Below, piece after piece: positions 8,968 through 18,452 of a stretch of DNA of 64,000 bases; within the stretch, counting starts at the first letter, position 1; every line of letters starts with the position of its first letter. The notes under the pieces are model-generated. The model was not told the DNA's origin. It saw only the letters and a list, made by a program, of their open reading frames with translations, and did no database searches. Source of the DNA: Longimicrobiales bacterium. GTDB taxonomy: Bacteria; Gemmatimonadota; Gemmatimonadetes; Longimicrobiales; Gaopeijiaceae. The stretch spans positions 896,001-960,000 of the forward strand of contig CBDFIQ010000002.1 in assembly GCA_965248195.1 (NCBI GenBank). The letters run 5' to 3'. The position numbers were made by a program, and so were the translations under genes.

Positions 8968-9942
8968 ATGTCAGATTCCATCTTGGTCACCGGCGGTGCG
9001 GGCTTCATCGGTTCACACCTGGTGGAGCGCCTGCTCGAGGCGGGGAATACTGTCTTCGTGGTGGACGACCTGTCCACGGGCAGCCTGGACAACCTCGCCG
9101 AGGTCCGTGACGACCCGTCGCTCCACCTGATCGTCGATTCCATCCTGAACTGGCCGATGATGAAGGACACCATCGGCCAGGTCGATCGTGTCGTGCATCT
9201 GGCCGCCGCGGTGGGAGTCAGAAAGATCATCGAGGCCCCGGTCGAGACCATCACGACCAACGTCCGGGGGACGGAGATCGTCCTGGACTGTTGTGACAAG
9301 CACGGTACGCCGCTGTATGTAGCCTCGACATCCGAGATCTACGGGAAAGGCGGCGACCAACTCGATGAAGAGCACGATCGGGTGATGGGAAGCACCGCGC
9401 ACCGGCGGTGGTCCTACGCCTGTACCAAGGCCTTGGACGAGTTCCTGGCGTTGGCTTACCACCAGGAAAACGGGTTGCCGGTCATTCTGGGGCGGTTCTT
9501 CAACACCGTGGGTCCGAGGCAGAGTGGTGAGTGGGGCATGGTGGTTCCTACGTTCGTGACGCAGGCCCTGGCGGGCGATCCCATCACGGTCTACGGCCGT
9601 GGGGATCAGCGGCGCTCGTTCTGCCATGTGGACGATTCGGTGCGGGCTGTGCTCGGCCTCCTCGACGCACCCGGCGCCGTTGGCCAAGCGTTCAACATCG
9701 GCAACGAGCACGAGATCACGATCATGGAGCTGGCGGAGCGCGTAAGAGATCGAGTCGGATCGGCGTCCGAGATCGTGGTGGTGCCGTACGACGAGGCGTA
9801 CGGCGAGGGCTTCGAGGACATGGAACGCAGGCAGCCGGACATTGGCAAGATTCGTGGCCTACTCGGGTGGGAGCCCGAGAGGTCGATGGGTCAGATTATC
9901 GATGATGTGGTGGCCTACTATGGCTCCCGGGTGCAGGCGTGA
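8968..9942 (+). CDS. NAD-dependent nucleotide-sugar epimerase/dehydratase (UDP-glucuronate decarboxylase-like)
   Basis: GGAGFIGSHL, ASTSEIYG, WSYACTK, FNTVGPRQ, QRRSFCHV. Confidence 0.85.
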   Translation: MSDSILVTGGAGFIGSHLVERLLEAGNTVFVVDDLSTGSLDNLAEVRDDPSLHLIVDSILNWPMMKDTIGQVDRVVHLAAAVGVRKIIEAPVETITTNVRGTEIVLDCCDKHGTPLYVASTSEIYGKGGDQLDEEHDRVMGSTAHRRWSYACTKALDEFLALAYHQENGLPVILGRFFNTVGPRQSGEWGMVVPTFVTQALAGDPITVYGRGDQRRSFCHVDDSVRAVLGLLDAPGAVGQAFNIGNEHEITIMELAERVRDRVGSASEIVVVPYDEAYGEGFEDMERRQPDIGKIRGLLGWEPERSMGQIIDDVVAYYGSRVQA

Positions 9943-9989
9943 TCGTCCCACTCGGCCTTTACATCGGACAGGTAGGACTCCCGAAATCC

Positions 9990-10020
9990 TTGACCCGAAG
10001 CCGGTGATTGGTAGCTTCTT
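9990..10020 (+). promoter_or_regulatory. Putative sigma70 promoter TTGACC-N16-TAGCTT upstream of sat-cysC
   Basis: Intergenic; shares TTGAC..GTAGCTTCTT with the 8932 motif. Confidence 0.4.
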
Positions 10021-10109
10021 CATCGAAGATCCACGTTCCCTTCCGACCCCACCCGAAGCACTCTCCTGATGATGATCTTCTTGCGGGGCTGTGTGCCCCC
10101 TGTAGTGCC

Positions 10110-11837
10110 ATGACCGAGCATCTGATTGCCCCTCACGGTGGTGAGCTCACACAACTGATCGTACCACCGGAGCGCGCCTCCGAGCTGCAGGAGGCCTCAC
10201 GGGATTGGCCCTCCTGGGACCTTACGGCCCGCCAAGTGTGCGACCTCGAGTTGCTCATGAACGGTGGATTCTCACCTCTCACGGGATTCATGATGTCGGC
10301 CGAATACGGGAGCGTGTGCGAGAGCATGCGGTTGGCGGACAGCACGCTCTGGCCGATTCCCATCACCCTCGATGTCGACGAAGCCTGTGCGGAAGAACTC
10401 GAGTCCGGCTCTCCCGTGGCTCTGCGTGACCCCGAAGGCGTCATGCTTGCGGTGCTCCACGTCGAAGAGATCTGGCGTGCCGACCGGGTGCAGGAGGCCG
10501 AACAGGTGTTCGGTACGGCCAACCCGGAGCATCCCGGCGCCGCATCCCTGTTGGAGGGGTCGAACCCCGTGTACGTGGGGGGCCGCGTCGAGGGTGTGCA
10601 ACGCCCCAGCCACTACGACTTCCGCGAGCTTCGCAGCACTCCTCTGGAGCTCCGTCACGACTTTGCCCGGTTGGGATGGCGGAAGATCGTCGCGTTCCAG
10701 ACCCGAAACCCCATGCACCGTGCCCATCAGGAGTTGACGCTCCGGGCCGCGAAGCAGGTCGGCGCGAATCTCCTGATCCATCCCGTCGTAGGCATGACCA
10801 AACCCGGCGACGTAGACCACTTCACACGGGTTCGGTGCTATGAGGCGCTTTTGGGCACCTACCCTCAATTCACGGCCAAGCTTGCGCTGCTCAATCTGGC
10901 GATGCGGATGGCGGGACCGAGGGAGGCGCTCTGGCACGCCATCATCCGGAAGAACCACGGTTGCACCCACCTGATTGTGGGGAGGGATCATGCCGGCCCG
11001 GGGAGCGACTCGTCCGGGACGCCGTTTTACGGGCCGTACGACGCGCAGGAGTTGATGAGCGAGCACGAGCGTGAGCTGGGGGTCCAGATGGTCCCGTTCA
11101 GACTCATGGTGTACGTCCAGGACCGGGCCGAGTACATGCCGGTGAACGAGGTCCCGGAGGGCGTCGAGCCGAAGTCTATTTCGGGCACTGAGCTTCGTGA
11201 CCGCCTGGCGGACGGTCGGGACATTCCGGACTGGTTCACCTTTCCGGACGTGGAGCGGGAGTTGCGTAAGAGCCATCCACCCCGGCACCGGCAGGGATTC
11301 ACGGTCTTCTTCACCGGGCTTTCGGGGTCGGGAAAGTCGACGGTCGCCAACGTGCTCCGCGTCAAGCTGCTGGAGATGGGCGGCCGGCCCATCACGCTTC
11401 TGGATGGCGACGTCGTACGCCAGAACCTCTCTTCGGAGCTCGGCTTCAGCAAAGAGCACCGCGATCTGAACATCCGGCGCATCGGGTACGTGGCCTCGGA
11501 AATCACGAAGGCGGGCGGGATCGCGATCTGTGCCCCGATCGCGCCGTATGCCGCGATCAGAAAAGCGAACCGTAAGATGATTTCCGCCCTGGGTGGATAC
11601 ATTCTCGTCCACCTCGCCACTCCCCTCGAAGTCTGTGAGCAGCGGGACCGCAAAGGACTCTACGCCAAGGCACGCGCCGGCATCATCAAGGAGTTCACCG
11701 GGATCTCGGATCCATACGAGGCGCCCCAGCATCCCGCCGTACGCATCGATACGACCGACATCTCGCCCGAGGAAGCGGCTCAGCAGATCTTTCTGCATCT
11801 GGAGAAAGAAGGGTACATTGGGGCGGGGGCGCCGTGA
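10110..11837 (+). CDS. sat-cysC: Bifunctional sulfate adenylyltransferase / adenylylsulfate kinase
   Basis: AFQTRNPMHRAH and IVGRDHAG (Sat); FTGLSGSGKST, LLDGD, RDRKGLY, FTGISDPYE (CysC). Confidence 0.95.
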   Translation: MTEHLIAPHGGELTQLIVPPERASELQEASRDWPSWDLTARQVCDLELLMNGGFSPLTGFMMSAEYGSVCESMRLADSTLWPIPITLDVDEACAEELESGSPVALRDPEGVMLAVLHVEEIWRADRVQEAEQVFGTANPEHPGAASLLEGSNPVYVGGRVEGVQRPSHYDFRELRSTPLELRHDFARLGWRKIVAFQTRNPMHRAHQELTLRAAKQVGANLLIHPVVGMTKPGDVDHFTRVRCYEALLGTYPQFTAKLALLNLAMRMAGPREALWHAIIRKNHGCTHLIVGRDHAGPGSDSSGTPFYGPYDAQELMSEHERELGVQMVPFRLMVYVQDRAEYMPVNEVPEGVEPKSISGTELRDRLADGRDIPDWFTFPDVERELRKSHPPRHRQGFTVFFTGLSGSGKSTVANVLRVKLLEMGGRPITLLDGDVVRQNLSSELGFSKEHRDLNIRRIGYVASEITKAGGIAICAPIAPYAAIRKANRKMISALGGYILVHLATPLEVCEQRDRKGLYAKARAGIIKEFTGISDPYEAPQHPAVRIDTTDISPEEAAQQIFLHLEKEGYIGAGAP

Positions 11838-11927
11838 GGGGGTCATCGCTCCGATCAAGTAGGCCCCTGGCTCTCCCAACGACACTCCAGGGCCTCGTGT
11901 GACGCCACCAGGTGGCTGTACATTCCC

Positions 11928-12074
11928 AATGAGGCGCACGCGGTCGCGAAGATTGTGGGAATCAAGATGTGCGAGGCGTACCGCCGGCAGCACGCGCGTA
12001 ACTTCATCAGTGCCATGCCCACCAACCTGTACCGTCCGGAGGACAACTTCGATCTCGAAACATCCTATGTGCTG
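11928..12074 (+). pseudogene. fcl: Internal fragment of GDP-L-fucose synthase
   Basis: [49 protein letters not shown] matches the Fcl core; the catalytic YxxxK Tyr reads His. Confidence 0.85.
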
Positions 12075-12148
12075 CATGGCCCTCAGTTGTGCTGCATGGC
12101 CCTCAGTCGTGCTTCATGGCCCTCAGTTGTGCTTCATGGCCCTCAGTC
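12069..12148 (+). repeat. Four 20-bp tandem repeats GTGCTKCATGGCCCTCAGTY
   Basis: Units at 12069, 12089, 12109 and 12129; no spacers. Confidence 0.95.
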
Positions 12149-12337
12149 ACTGGAAAACGTCTGGCGCCGCAGCGGGAGGCCACGTTACGTTATCCGGGTC
12201 GGTGATCCGGATAACGGCAATATGCTTCCGGGTCACGCCTTCCCAGGTCCAAGATGCGGGGAGCTTCTTGGCATGGAGAGGCTGGCTCACGTTTCTGGAT
12301 TGCAAGAGACCCCAATGAGATTATACCGTACCTCGTG

Positions 12338-13852
12338 ATGAGGGCTGAGTTGCAGGATCCCCCCGGGCAGGCTCCATCCTCGGTCGCGGAAACACCTGAT
12401 CTCTGGGCGGATGCTCCGGACGGGCTTCGACGGGCTGTACAGAATCAGGCCCCGGGCCGACTCAAGCGGCACGGTGTACGTGATGCACTTCGATTCGCTG
12501 CTTTGCTCTCTGTTGATGGCCTGGCGTTTCTGATTACCCGCACAGTTCTTCACTTTCTGCGCGTCGAGGGTCCGTTGACCGCGGTAAGGGACATCTTTCC
12601 GAGATCATACCTTGGCGGTCTTCAGTTTGCCGTCGCCCTCTTCGTATCTTTGCTGGTAGTGGGGGCATACCGGCGCGGGGGTGGGTGGCGGTCCCCCTGG
12701 CGCTGGCTGATGGCCGTGACACTCGCTACGGCTCTTGCTCTTTGGCAGCCGCTATGGACCGAGGACCTCTTGCTGGTTTCCGTTCAGTTCGTCGCCACGG
12801 TCGTGTCGGTCACCCTCGCCCTGGCGGTCCTACGGGGGGCGTTAGCCGTGATGGTTGGCCTTGCTCGGGAGCGGTTCAGCGTTGTGCCCAAAGCGGTGCT
12901 TTTCGGTGACCGTTCGGCGATCGCTCAAGCAACGCGGAGTCCGGTGTTCACTCAGTCTTCGGGCTATCGCGTGGCCCATGAGCTCACGATCGACGGGCCG
13001 GACATAGACAGGGATGCGATCGGCCTTGAGCTCGCGAGCGTGATTCTGGCCACGAAGGCTGATGCAGTATTCCTTCCTGGGACCCTGGATAAGGGGCTGT
13101 TTCAGCAAGTTATCGAAGTCGCACATAGCACGGGTTGTGAACTGATCAGCCTATCGATGGCCTGGAATCTCGGTGGTGTCTACCCTTCGCTCCGAATCTG
13201 TTGTGGTGTGCCCGTGACCTCGCTGACACAGCCTGGTCTCAAGGCACATCAGCTCGTGGTCAAGCGCTTGATGGATATCGTGTGCTCCGGCGTTGGCCTG
13301 ATCCTTATTTCGCCTCTCCTCGTGCTTCTAGCGATCGCCATCAAGGTAACGTCGAAAGGTCCTGTTTTTTTCCGACAGGAGCGAGTCGGTCGCGGAGGAA
13401 AATCGTTCATGATCCTGAAGTTTAGGAGCATGACTCGCGATGCCGAATCGGAGCGAGCGAGTGTTTCGGAGGAGAGCATCTATTCGGATCCGCGGTTATT
13501 CAAGATTCCTGACGATCCACGTATCACGCGCTTTGGGCGATGGCTCAGGCGGACGAGTCTGGATGAACTTCCCCAACTCCTCAATGTGTTGAAGGGGGAT
13601 ATGTCCCTGGTCGGGCCACGACCGCCGATTCCCGAAGAAGTGGACCTGTACGAGAGCCGTCACATGTGCCGTGTGGATGTTCGCCCTGGCATTACCGGGC
13701 CATGGCAGACCGCAGGCCGAAACTCGATACGAGACTTCGAGCGGGTCGTGTTGTTGGAAAAGGCGTATCTCCACAACTGGAGCTTGGCGCTGGATCTGCA
13801 GATACTACTTAACACGGTGCCGGTCGTGCTGAGGCGCACGGGAGCGCACTGA
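12338..13852 (+). CDS. Polyprenyl-phosphate priming sugar transferase (WcaJ/WbaP family, long form)
   Basis: N-terminal TMs; KRLMDIV, FRQERVG, KFRSM, LDELPQLLNVLKGDMSLVGPRP. Confidence 0.92.
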   Translation: MRAELQDPPGQAPSSVAETPDLWADAPDGLRRAVQNQAPGRLKRHGVRDALRFAALLSVDGLAFLITRTVLHFLRVEGPLTAVRDIFPRSYLGGLQFAVALFVSLLVVGAYRRGGGWRSPWRWLMAVTLATALALWQPLWTEDLLLVSVQFVATVVSVTLALAVLRGALAVMVGLARERFSVVPKAVLFGDRSAIAQATRSPVFTQSSGYRVAHELTIDGPDIDRDAIGLELASVILATKADAVFLPGTLDKGLFQQVIEVAHSTGCELISLSMAWNLGGVYPSLRICCGVPVTSLTQPGLKAHQLVVKRLMDIVCSGVGLILISPLLVLLAIAIKVTSKGPVFFRQERVGRGGKSFMILKFRSMTRDAESERASVSEESIYSDPRLFKIPDDPRITRFGRWLRRTSLDELPQLLNVLKGDMSLVGPRPPIPEEVDLYESRHMCRVDVRPGITGPWQTAGRNSIRDFERVVLLEKAYLHNWSLALDLQILLNTVPVVLRRTGAH

Positions 13853-14231
13853 CGGGCCATCCAAGACCGCAAGAGTTTCCGCCTCGAACCCGTTCAGCTC
13901 TAATCCAAACTGATTCCGTTGCGTAGGACCATCACCGGCCGTCGCGTCTACCTTGCGCCCCGGAACGCGGCGACGCCCCGAAATGGGAGAAGTAGAAATA
14001 TGTGCGACGAGTCTGGCGAGCCGCTCCGGATGGCTCGGCAGGGGCCGCGACGTGACAGCAGCCAGCGCATCTCACCCAAAATCTCTTAAGATGAGTCCGG
14101 TCTTGAGGTTGCGCGTGAGGGCTTTAGGCACCAAACTACGGTCTCTCCTACGATGGTCTTAATTCCAAACTTGTTATGCGGCTGGTGAACGGGATGCCCA
14201 CGAGCGGTCACACCTGTGCGAGGACCGAGCT

Positions 14232-16196
14232 TTGACACCACCACCGGTGTCTGGCGTCTCCCAACTTCGCTTAGCGACGAAGGCTCGCAAGCTTCTTGCC
14301 CTCACGATCTACGCGGGCGCCGCTGCCGTCTCGTACGCGATCGCCCATCTACTACGATTCGAGTTCCAGTGGCCTCAAGAGCTCACGTCTACGTTTCTCG
14401 TGAGCCTTCCCGTACTCCTTGCAGTGAGAGCCTTCAGCGATTCCGTCTTCAGGATTACCGTAGGGAGCTGGCGATACGTGGGAGTAGGGGATGTCGTACG
14501 CCTCATGGGGGCGACCAGCCTCGGCACGGCGTTGTTCTTCTTCGCGGTCATGCTGATGCCGCTGGACCCCACCGTGCCGCGATCCATCATCCTCCTGGAG
14601 TGGGTGCTCACCATCTATCTCACGGCAGGCATCTGGATCACGTACCGGCTGGCCCACGAGCTTCGCCGTCAACGAAACGGCTCGAATGGCCCGCGCGTTG
14701 CCGCCCTGATCGTTGGTGCCGGCGAGGCGGGCAGTGGGCTGGTCAGGGAAATGCTCCGGCGGTCCACCGGATACCGCCCTATCGGCTTCGTGGACGACCA
14801 TTCTTTCACCTGGGGAACCACGGTCCATGGGGTGGAGGTGATGGGGTCGACCGAGGATCTCCCTGCCATCGCGGAGCAATTGGGGGCACAGGAGATCGTG
14901 GTGGCGATACCGTCAGCGGAGCCTGACGATCTCCGCCGCATCGTGGAATCGTGCCAGGCGACCGACCTCCCCACCAAGGTTCTTCCGGGGATCGCCGAGG
15001 TGTTCGCAGGGGAAGCGAAGATCGACCTCCTGAGGGAGGTGCAGATCGAGGATCTCCTCGGAAGAGCGCCGATCGAATTGGAGTTACCTGAGCTGGCTGA
15101 GGATCTCCAGGGACGTTGCGTCCTCGTGACCGGAGCAGCCGGATCCATCGGGTCGGAGTTGGTTCGTCAGGTGGCGGTCCATGGACCGGAGCGCATCATC
15201 CTCTACGACCAGGCGGAGACGGACCTGTACCACCTCGAGTTGGAGCTGAAGGACGAGTATCAGGATCTCGAGATCGTTCCCACCGTCGCCGACATCTTGG
15301 ATTCGAGCGCCCTCGATGGGGTATTCCGGAAGTACAGGCCAAGCCGAGTCTTCCACGCCGCCGCCTACAAGCACGTGCCGTTGATGCAGTGCAACCCCCG
15401 GGAGGCGGTCCGGAACAACGTGATCGGTACCATGCGGGTCGCCGACGCCGCGGGCCGGTTCGGAGCCGGCAAGTTCGTGTTGATCTCCACCGATAAGGCG
15501 GTTCGGCCTACGAGCGTGATGGGTGCAACGAAGCGCCTAGCCGAACTGGTGACGCTGCGGAGTCAGCAGAATTTTCCTTCCACCTGGTTCGTCGCCGTGC
15601 GGTTCGGCAACGTGCTCGGAAGCCGGGGTAGCGTCATTCCTCTGTTTCAAAAGCAGCTCGAAGACGGTAGGCCGTTGACGGTCACACATGCTGACATCCA
15701 GCGCTTCTTCATGACGATTCCGGAAGCGACACAGCTCGTCCTTCAGTCCTCGGTGCTCCCGGAGGCCAGAGGGAGGATCGTCATGCTCGAGATGGGGGAG
15801 CCGATCCGGATATTGGACCTCGCGCGGAAGTTGATCCGTCTTTCCGGGCGGAGGGAGGGTGTCGATGCCGAGGTCGAGTTCATCGGACTGCGCCCGGGGG
15901 AGAAGATGTCGGAGGAGCTGACCGCACCGAACGAGGTGACCGTGCCCACCTCCATCGACAAGATTTTCGTCGTGCAGACCGATGTGAGTGACGAGACGCT
16001 CGAGTTGCTCGAGCCGTTTACGGCCGCGGTAGAAGGTGGTGCCAACGGTCTCGGACCGGACTCCATCCGGCGAGTCCTCAGCGAGCTCGTTTCGGGCGTT
16101 GAGGTTCACTTGAAGCGACCGGCCGAAGACGAAAGCATCGAGTTCGCCTCGAGACAATCGGATGGCGTGCCCGAGCTCCTATCTGAGCAGGCGTGA
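14232..16196 (+). CDS. Membrane-bound UDP-GlcNAc 4,6-dehydratase (CapD/WbpM/PglF family), paralogue 1
   Basis: IEDLLGR, GAAGSIGSE, AAAYKHVP, STDKAV, MGATKR, RFGNVLGSRGSV. Confidence 0.93.
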   Translation: MTPPPVSGVSQLRLATKARKLLALTIYAGAAAVSYAIAHLLRFEFQWPQELTSTFLVSLPVLLAVRAFSDSVFRITVGSWRYVGVGDVVRLMGATSLGTALFFFAVMLMPLDPTVPRSIILLEWVLTIYLTAGIWITYRLAHELRRQRNGSNGPRVAALIVGAGEAGSGLVREMLRRSTGYRPIGFVDDHSFTWGTTVHGVEVMGSTEDLPAIAEQLGAQEIVVAIPSAEPDDLRRIVESCQATDLPTKVLPGIAEVFAGEAKIDLLREVQIEDLLGRAPIELELPELAEDLQGRCVLVTGAAGSIGSELVRQVAVHGPERIILYDQAETDLYHLELELKDEYQDLEIVPTVADILDSSALDGVFRKYRPSRVFHAAAYKHVPLMQCNPREAVRNNVIGTMRVADAAGRFGAGKFVLISTDKAVRPTSVMGATKRLAELVTLRSQQNFPSTWFVAVRFGNVLGSRGSVIPLFQKQLEDGRPLTVTHADIQRFFMTIPEATQLVLQSSVLPEARGRIVMLEMGEPIRILDLARKLIRLSGRREGVDAEVEFIGLRPGEKMSEELTAPNEVTVPTSIDKIFVVQTDVSDETLELLEPFTAAVEGGANGLGPDSIRRVLSELVSGVEVHLKRPAEDESIEFASRQSDGVPELLSEQA

Positions 16197-16398
16197 TCCG
16201 GCGATGTGTGTCGGGCGGGTGTCGAGGCTGCGGTTCGTTCGCTATCTTGCACCTCGCCCTCCAGGCTCGACCGATATCCCAACCTTTGCTGATTGGCATC
16301 AGGATACTTATGCGCAACCCGAATCGACCGTGCGGACTCTCGCCTAGAAATCGAAGTAACACCCTCTCGCCTGGATACTGCCGGCTGGGAGAGTTCGA

Positions 16399-17220
16399 AT
16401 GAAGTCCGAGCAGCAGCTCTCTCGCCTGGATGCCGAGCTCGTCGACGCGCCGCCGATTCCCAAGGCTCCGCCGGCCGCCGGCCGGCCAGCTGTCCTTCTG
16501 AACGGCCCCACAGCCAATGGGCACCCGGATGGCACGGTGGCGCCGGCCAGGCTCGAGTCGGAGATCATAGACTGGGATGCATGTCTCCCGGAGCGTGCAG
16601 GTACTCTCCGTTGGCGGGTGGCTCAGCGGGTCAAACGAGCCATGGATATAGTAATCGCATTCGTCGCGCTGGTTATCCTACTTCCTGTGTTTCTGGTCAT
16701 CGTATCGCTTATCCTATTGACGTCGCGAGGACCCGCGCTCTACCGATGGCGAGTGCTCGGGTACCGAGGCCGGCCCTTCCAGGGATACAAGTTCCGCTTG
16801 ATGGTTATGAATGCGGACGACCTCAGGGATAGCGTCGCCCATCTGAACCACATGAACGGACCGGCGTTCAAGATCCGAAACGATCCCCGCGTCACCCGCC
16901 TGGGCCATTGGCTACGAACGTACAGCATCGATGAGTTCCCTCAGCTCTGGAGCGTGCTCAAGGGCGACATGAGCCTGGTGGGCCCCCGGCCCCCGTTTGC
17001 CGAAGAGTTCCAGGCCTTCGCGGACTGGCATCGAGCCAAGCTCGCGGTAAAGCCCGGGATCACGTGCCTGTGGCAGATCCTGGGTCGCTCGGACATTCAC
17101 GATTTCGACGAGTGGGCAAGGCTCGATCTCAAGTACATCGAGAAGTGGAGCCTTTGGCTCGACTTCAAGATCCTCGTCAGGACGATCCCGGCCGTCATTC
17201 GGGGTCACGGGGCGTACTGA
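16399..17220 (+). CDS. Priming sugar transferase (Bac_transf domain, short form)
   Basis: KRAMDIV, DPRVT, DEFPQLWSVLKGDMSLVGPRP, KPGITCLWQ. Confidence 0.9.
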   Translation: MKSEQQLSRLDAELVDAPPIPKAPPAAGRPAVLLNGPTANGHPDGTVAPARLESEIIDWDACLPERAGTLRWRVAQRVKRAMDIVIAFVALVILLPVFLVIVSLILLTSRGPALYRWRVLGYRGRPFQGYKFRLMVMNADDLRDSVAHLNHMNGPAFKIRNDPRVTRLGHWLRTYSIDEFPQLWSVLKGDMSLVGPRPPFAEEFQAFADWHRAKLAVKPGITCLWQILGRSDIHDFDEWARLDLKYIEKWSLWLDFKILVRTIPAVIRGHGAY

Positions 17221-17275
17221 GCGGGCAGGAGGCCGGACTTCGAGGTGGGTGCTCCCACTTCTTCCAACGTCCTAT

Positions 17276-17480
17276 TGGGGGTTCGCCCCCGACTACGTTC
17301 GAGCCATGTGGTCGATGCTACAAGCTGACGAGCCTGGTTCCCTTTTCCGCCCTGCAGAAGTTGATCTCCGGATCGCGGATGTGAGCCAGAGCCCAACAGG
17401 ATCTCGGTTGGGAACCCCAATGCACTTTCGAGGAGATGATTCGGGGTATGGTGGAGGCGGACGTTGGACGGGTCAACTGA
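17276..17480 (+). pseudogene. gmd: Collapsed C-terminal remnant of GDP-mannose 4,6-dehydratase
   Basis: WGFAPDYVRAMWSMLQADEP joined to FRPAEVDL; then, frameshifted, LGWEPQCTFEEMIRGMVEAD*. These are all Gmd C-terminal motifs. Confidence 0.85.
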
Positions 17481-17489
17481 CATAGAGGC

Positions 17490-18452
17490 ATGAGGGTCTT
17501 AGTCACCGGTGCCAATGGCTTCGTTGGCCAGAAGCTCGTCCCTTTTCTCCTGCGAAGACATCACACGGTGATCGCAGCGCATCTACCCGGCGAAGACGCA
17601 GCTCGCCTGGCCAGCTCGGGCGCTACGACTGTGCCAATGGACTTGCGGAGCGCGTTGTCGATCCGCAGAGCCCTCGGCGCCCACCCTGATGCTGTGGTGC
17701 ATCTCGCCGCAGTGGCATCCGGCGGCGTCGCGAGGATTGATCCAGGCCTGGCTTGGGAGATCAACGCTGCGGGAACCGCACGAATCCTCGATGAAGTCAC
17801 GAAAGCCAGCAGTGGCCGTTCGACGCTGACTCGTTTTCTTCTGGCCTCCTCGATCGAGGTATACGGAGCAGGTGAGCCGAGGCCTCGCCGAGAGACCGAT
17901 CCGATCAACCCTTCTTCACCTTACGCTGCGTCCAAGCGTGGGGCTGAACTCGCATGTCTCGAGACATCGCTTCGTACAGGCCTGCCCGTCGTGATCGCAC
18001 GAACCACCAACCACACCGGCGCGGGTCAGGATGCACAATATTTTGTCCCGGCTTTTGTCGATCGAATCACCAGGGCAAAGGCGGCGGGTGAGGCCGTGGT
18101 TCGGTCGGGGAACCTCGAACCTGTTCGTGACTTTCTCGACGTCGCTGACGTGGTGCGAGCCTACGTCGCACTCCTAGAGCGCGACGACCTAGTTGGCATC
18201 TTCAACGTGAGTTCCGGGGTCGGACGTCGCCTGGCGGACGTTGTGAGCCTCATCGCGGAGTTGGTTGATGCCGATGTGCGGGTTCGGCGGGACCCCGCTC
18301 TCGAGCGATCAGCAGACATCCCGCACTTGGTTGGAGACAACAGTAGGCTGGTGGGCGAAATTGGTTGGGGTCCGAAAGTGGAACTCGAAGAGACACTCCG
18401 AACGATGATTGAACAGGCGACGATCGAAGCCTCGTCACGGACGCGAGAGTGA
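17490..18452 (+). CDS. GDP-4-dehydro-6-deoxy-mannose reductase-like SDR (Rmd-like)
   Basis: GANGFVG, PYAASK, NHTGAGQ, GNLEPVRDFLDV; directly after the gmd remnant. Confidence 0.75.
   Translation: MRVLVTGANGFVGQKLVPFLLRRHHTVIAAHLPGEDAARLASSGATTVPMDLRSALSIRRALGAHPDAVVHLAAVASGGVARIDPGLAWEINAAGTARILDEVTKASSGRSTLTRFLLASSIEVYGAGEPRPRRETDPINPSSPYAASKRGAELACLETSLRTGLPVVIARTTNHTGAGQDAQYFVPAFVDRITRAKAAGEAVVRSGNLEPVRDFLDVADVVRAYVALLERDDLVGIFNVSSGVGRRLADVVSLIAELVDADVRVRRDPALERSADIPHLVGDNSRLVGEIGWGPKVELEETLRTMIEQATIEASSRTRE

Noticed and set aside
5272..12077. Long antisense ORFs (5272-6723, 7822-8766, 10272-12077) and similar shadows elsewhere
   Set aside because: They lie opposite well-conserved genes, have no motifs, and are expected in high-GC DNA.
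6891..12148. 17-bp and 20-bp arrays as CRISPR arrays
   Set aside because: The units are contiguous with no unique spacers, and no cas genes are present.
13853..14231. JUMPStart/ops element or structured ncRNA in intergenic DNA
   Set aside because: No GGCGGTAG-type motif or convincing stem seen here or in other leaders.
16362..16436. Short direct repeat CTCTCGCCTGGAT around a gene start
   Set aside because: Only 13 bp and two copies; no functional pattern.
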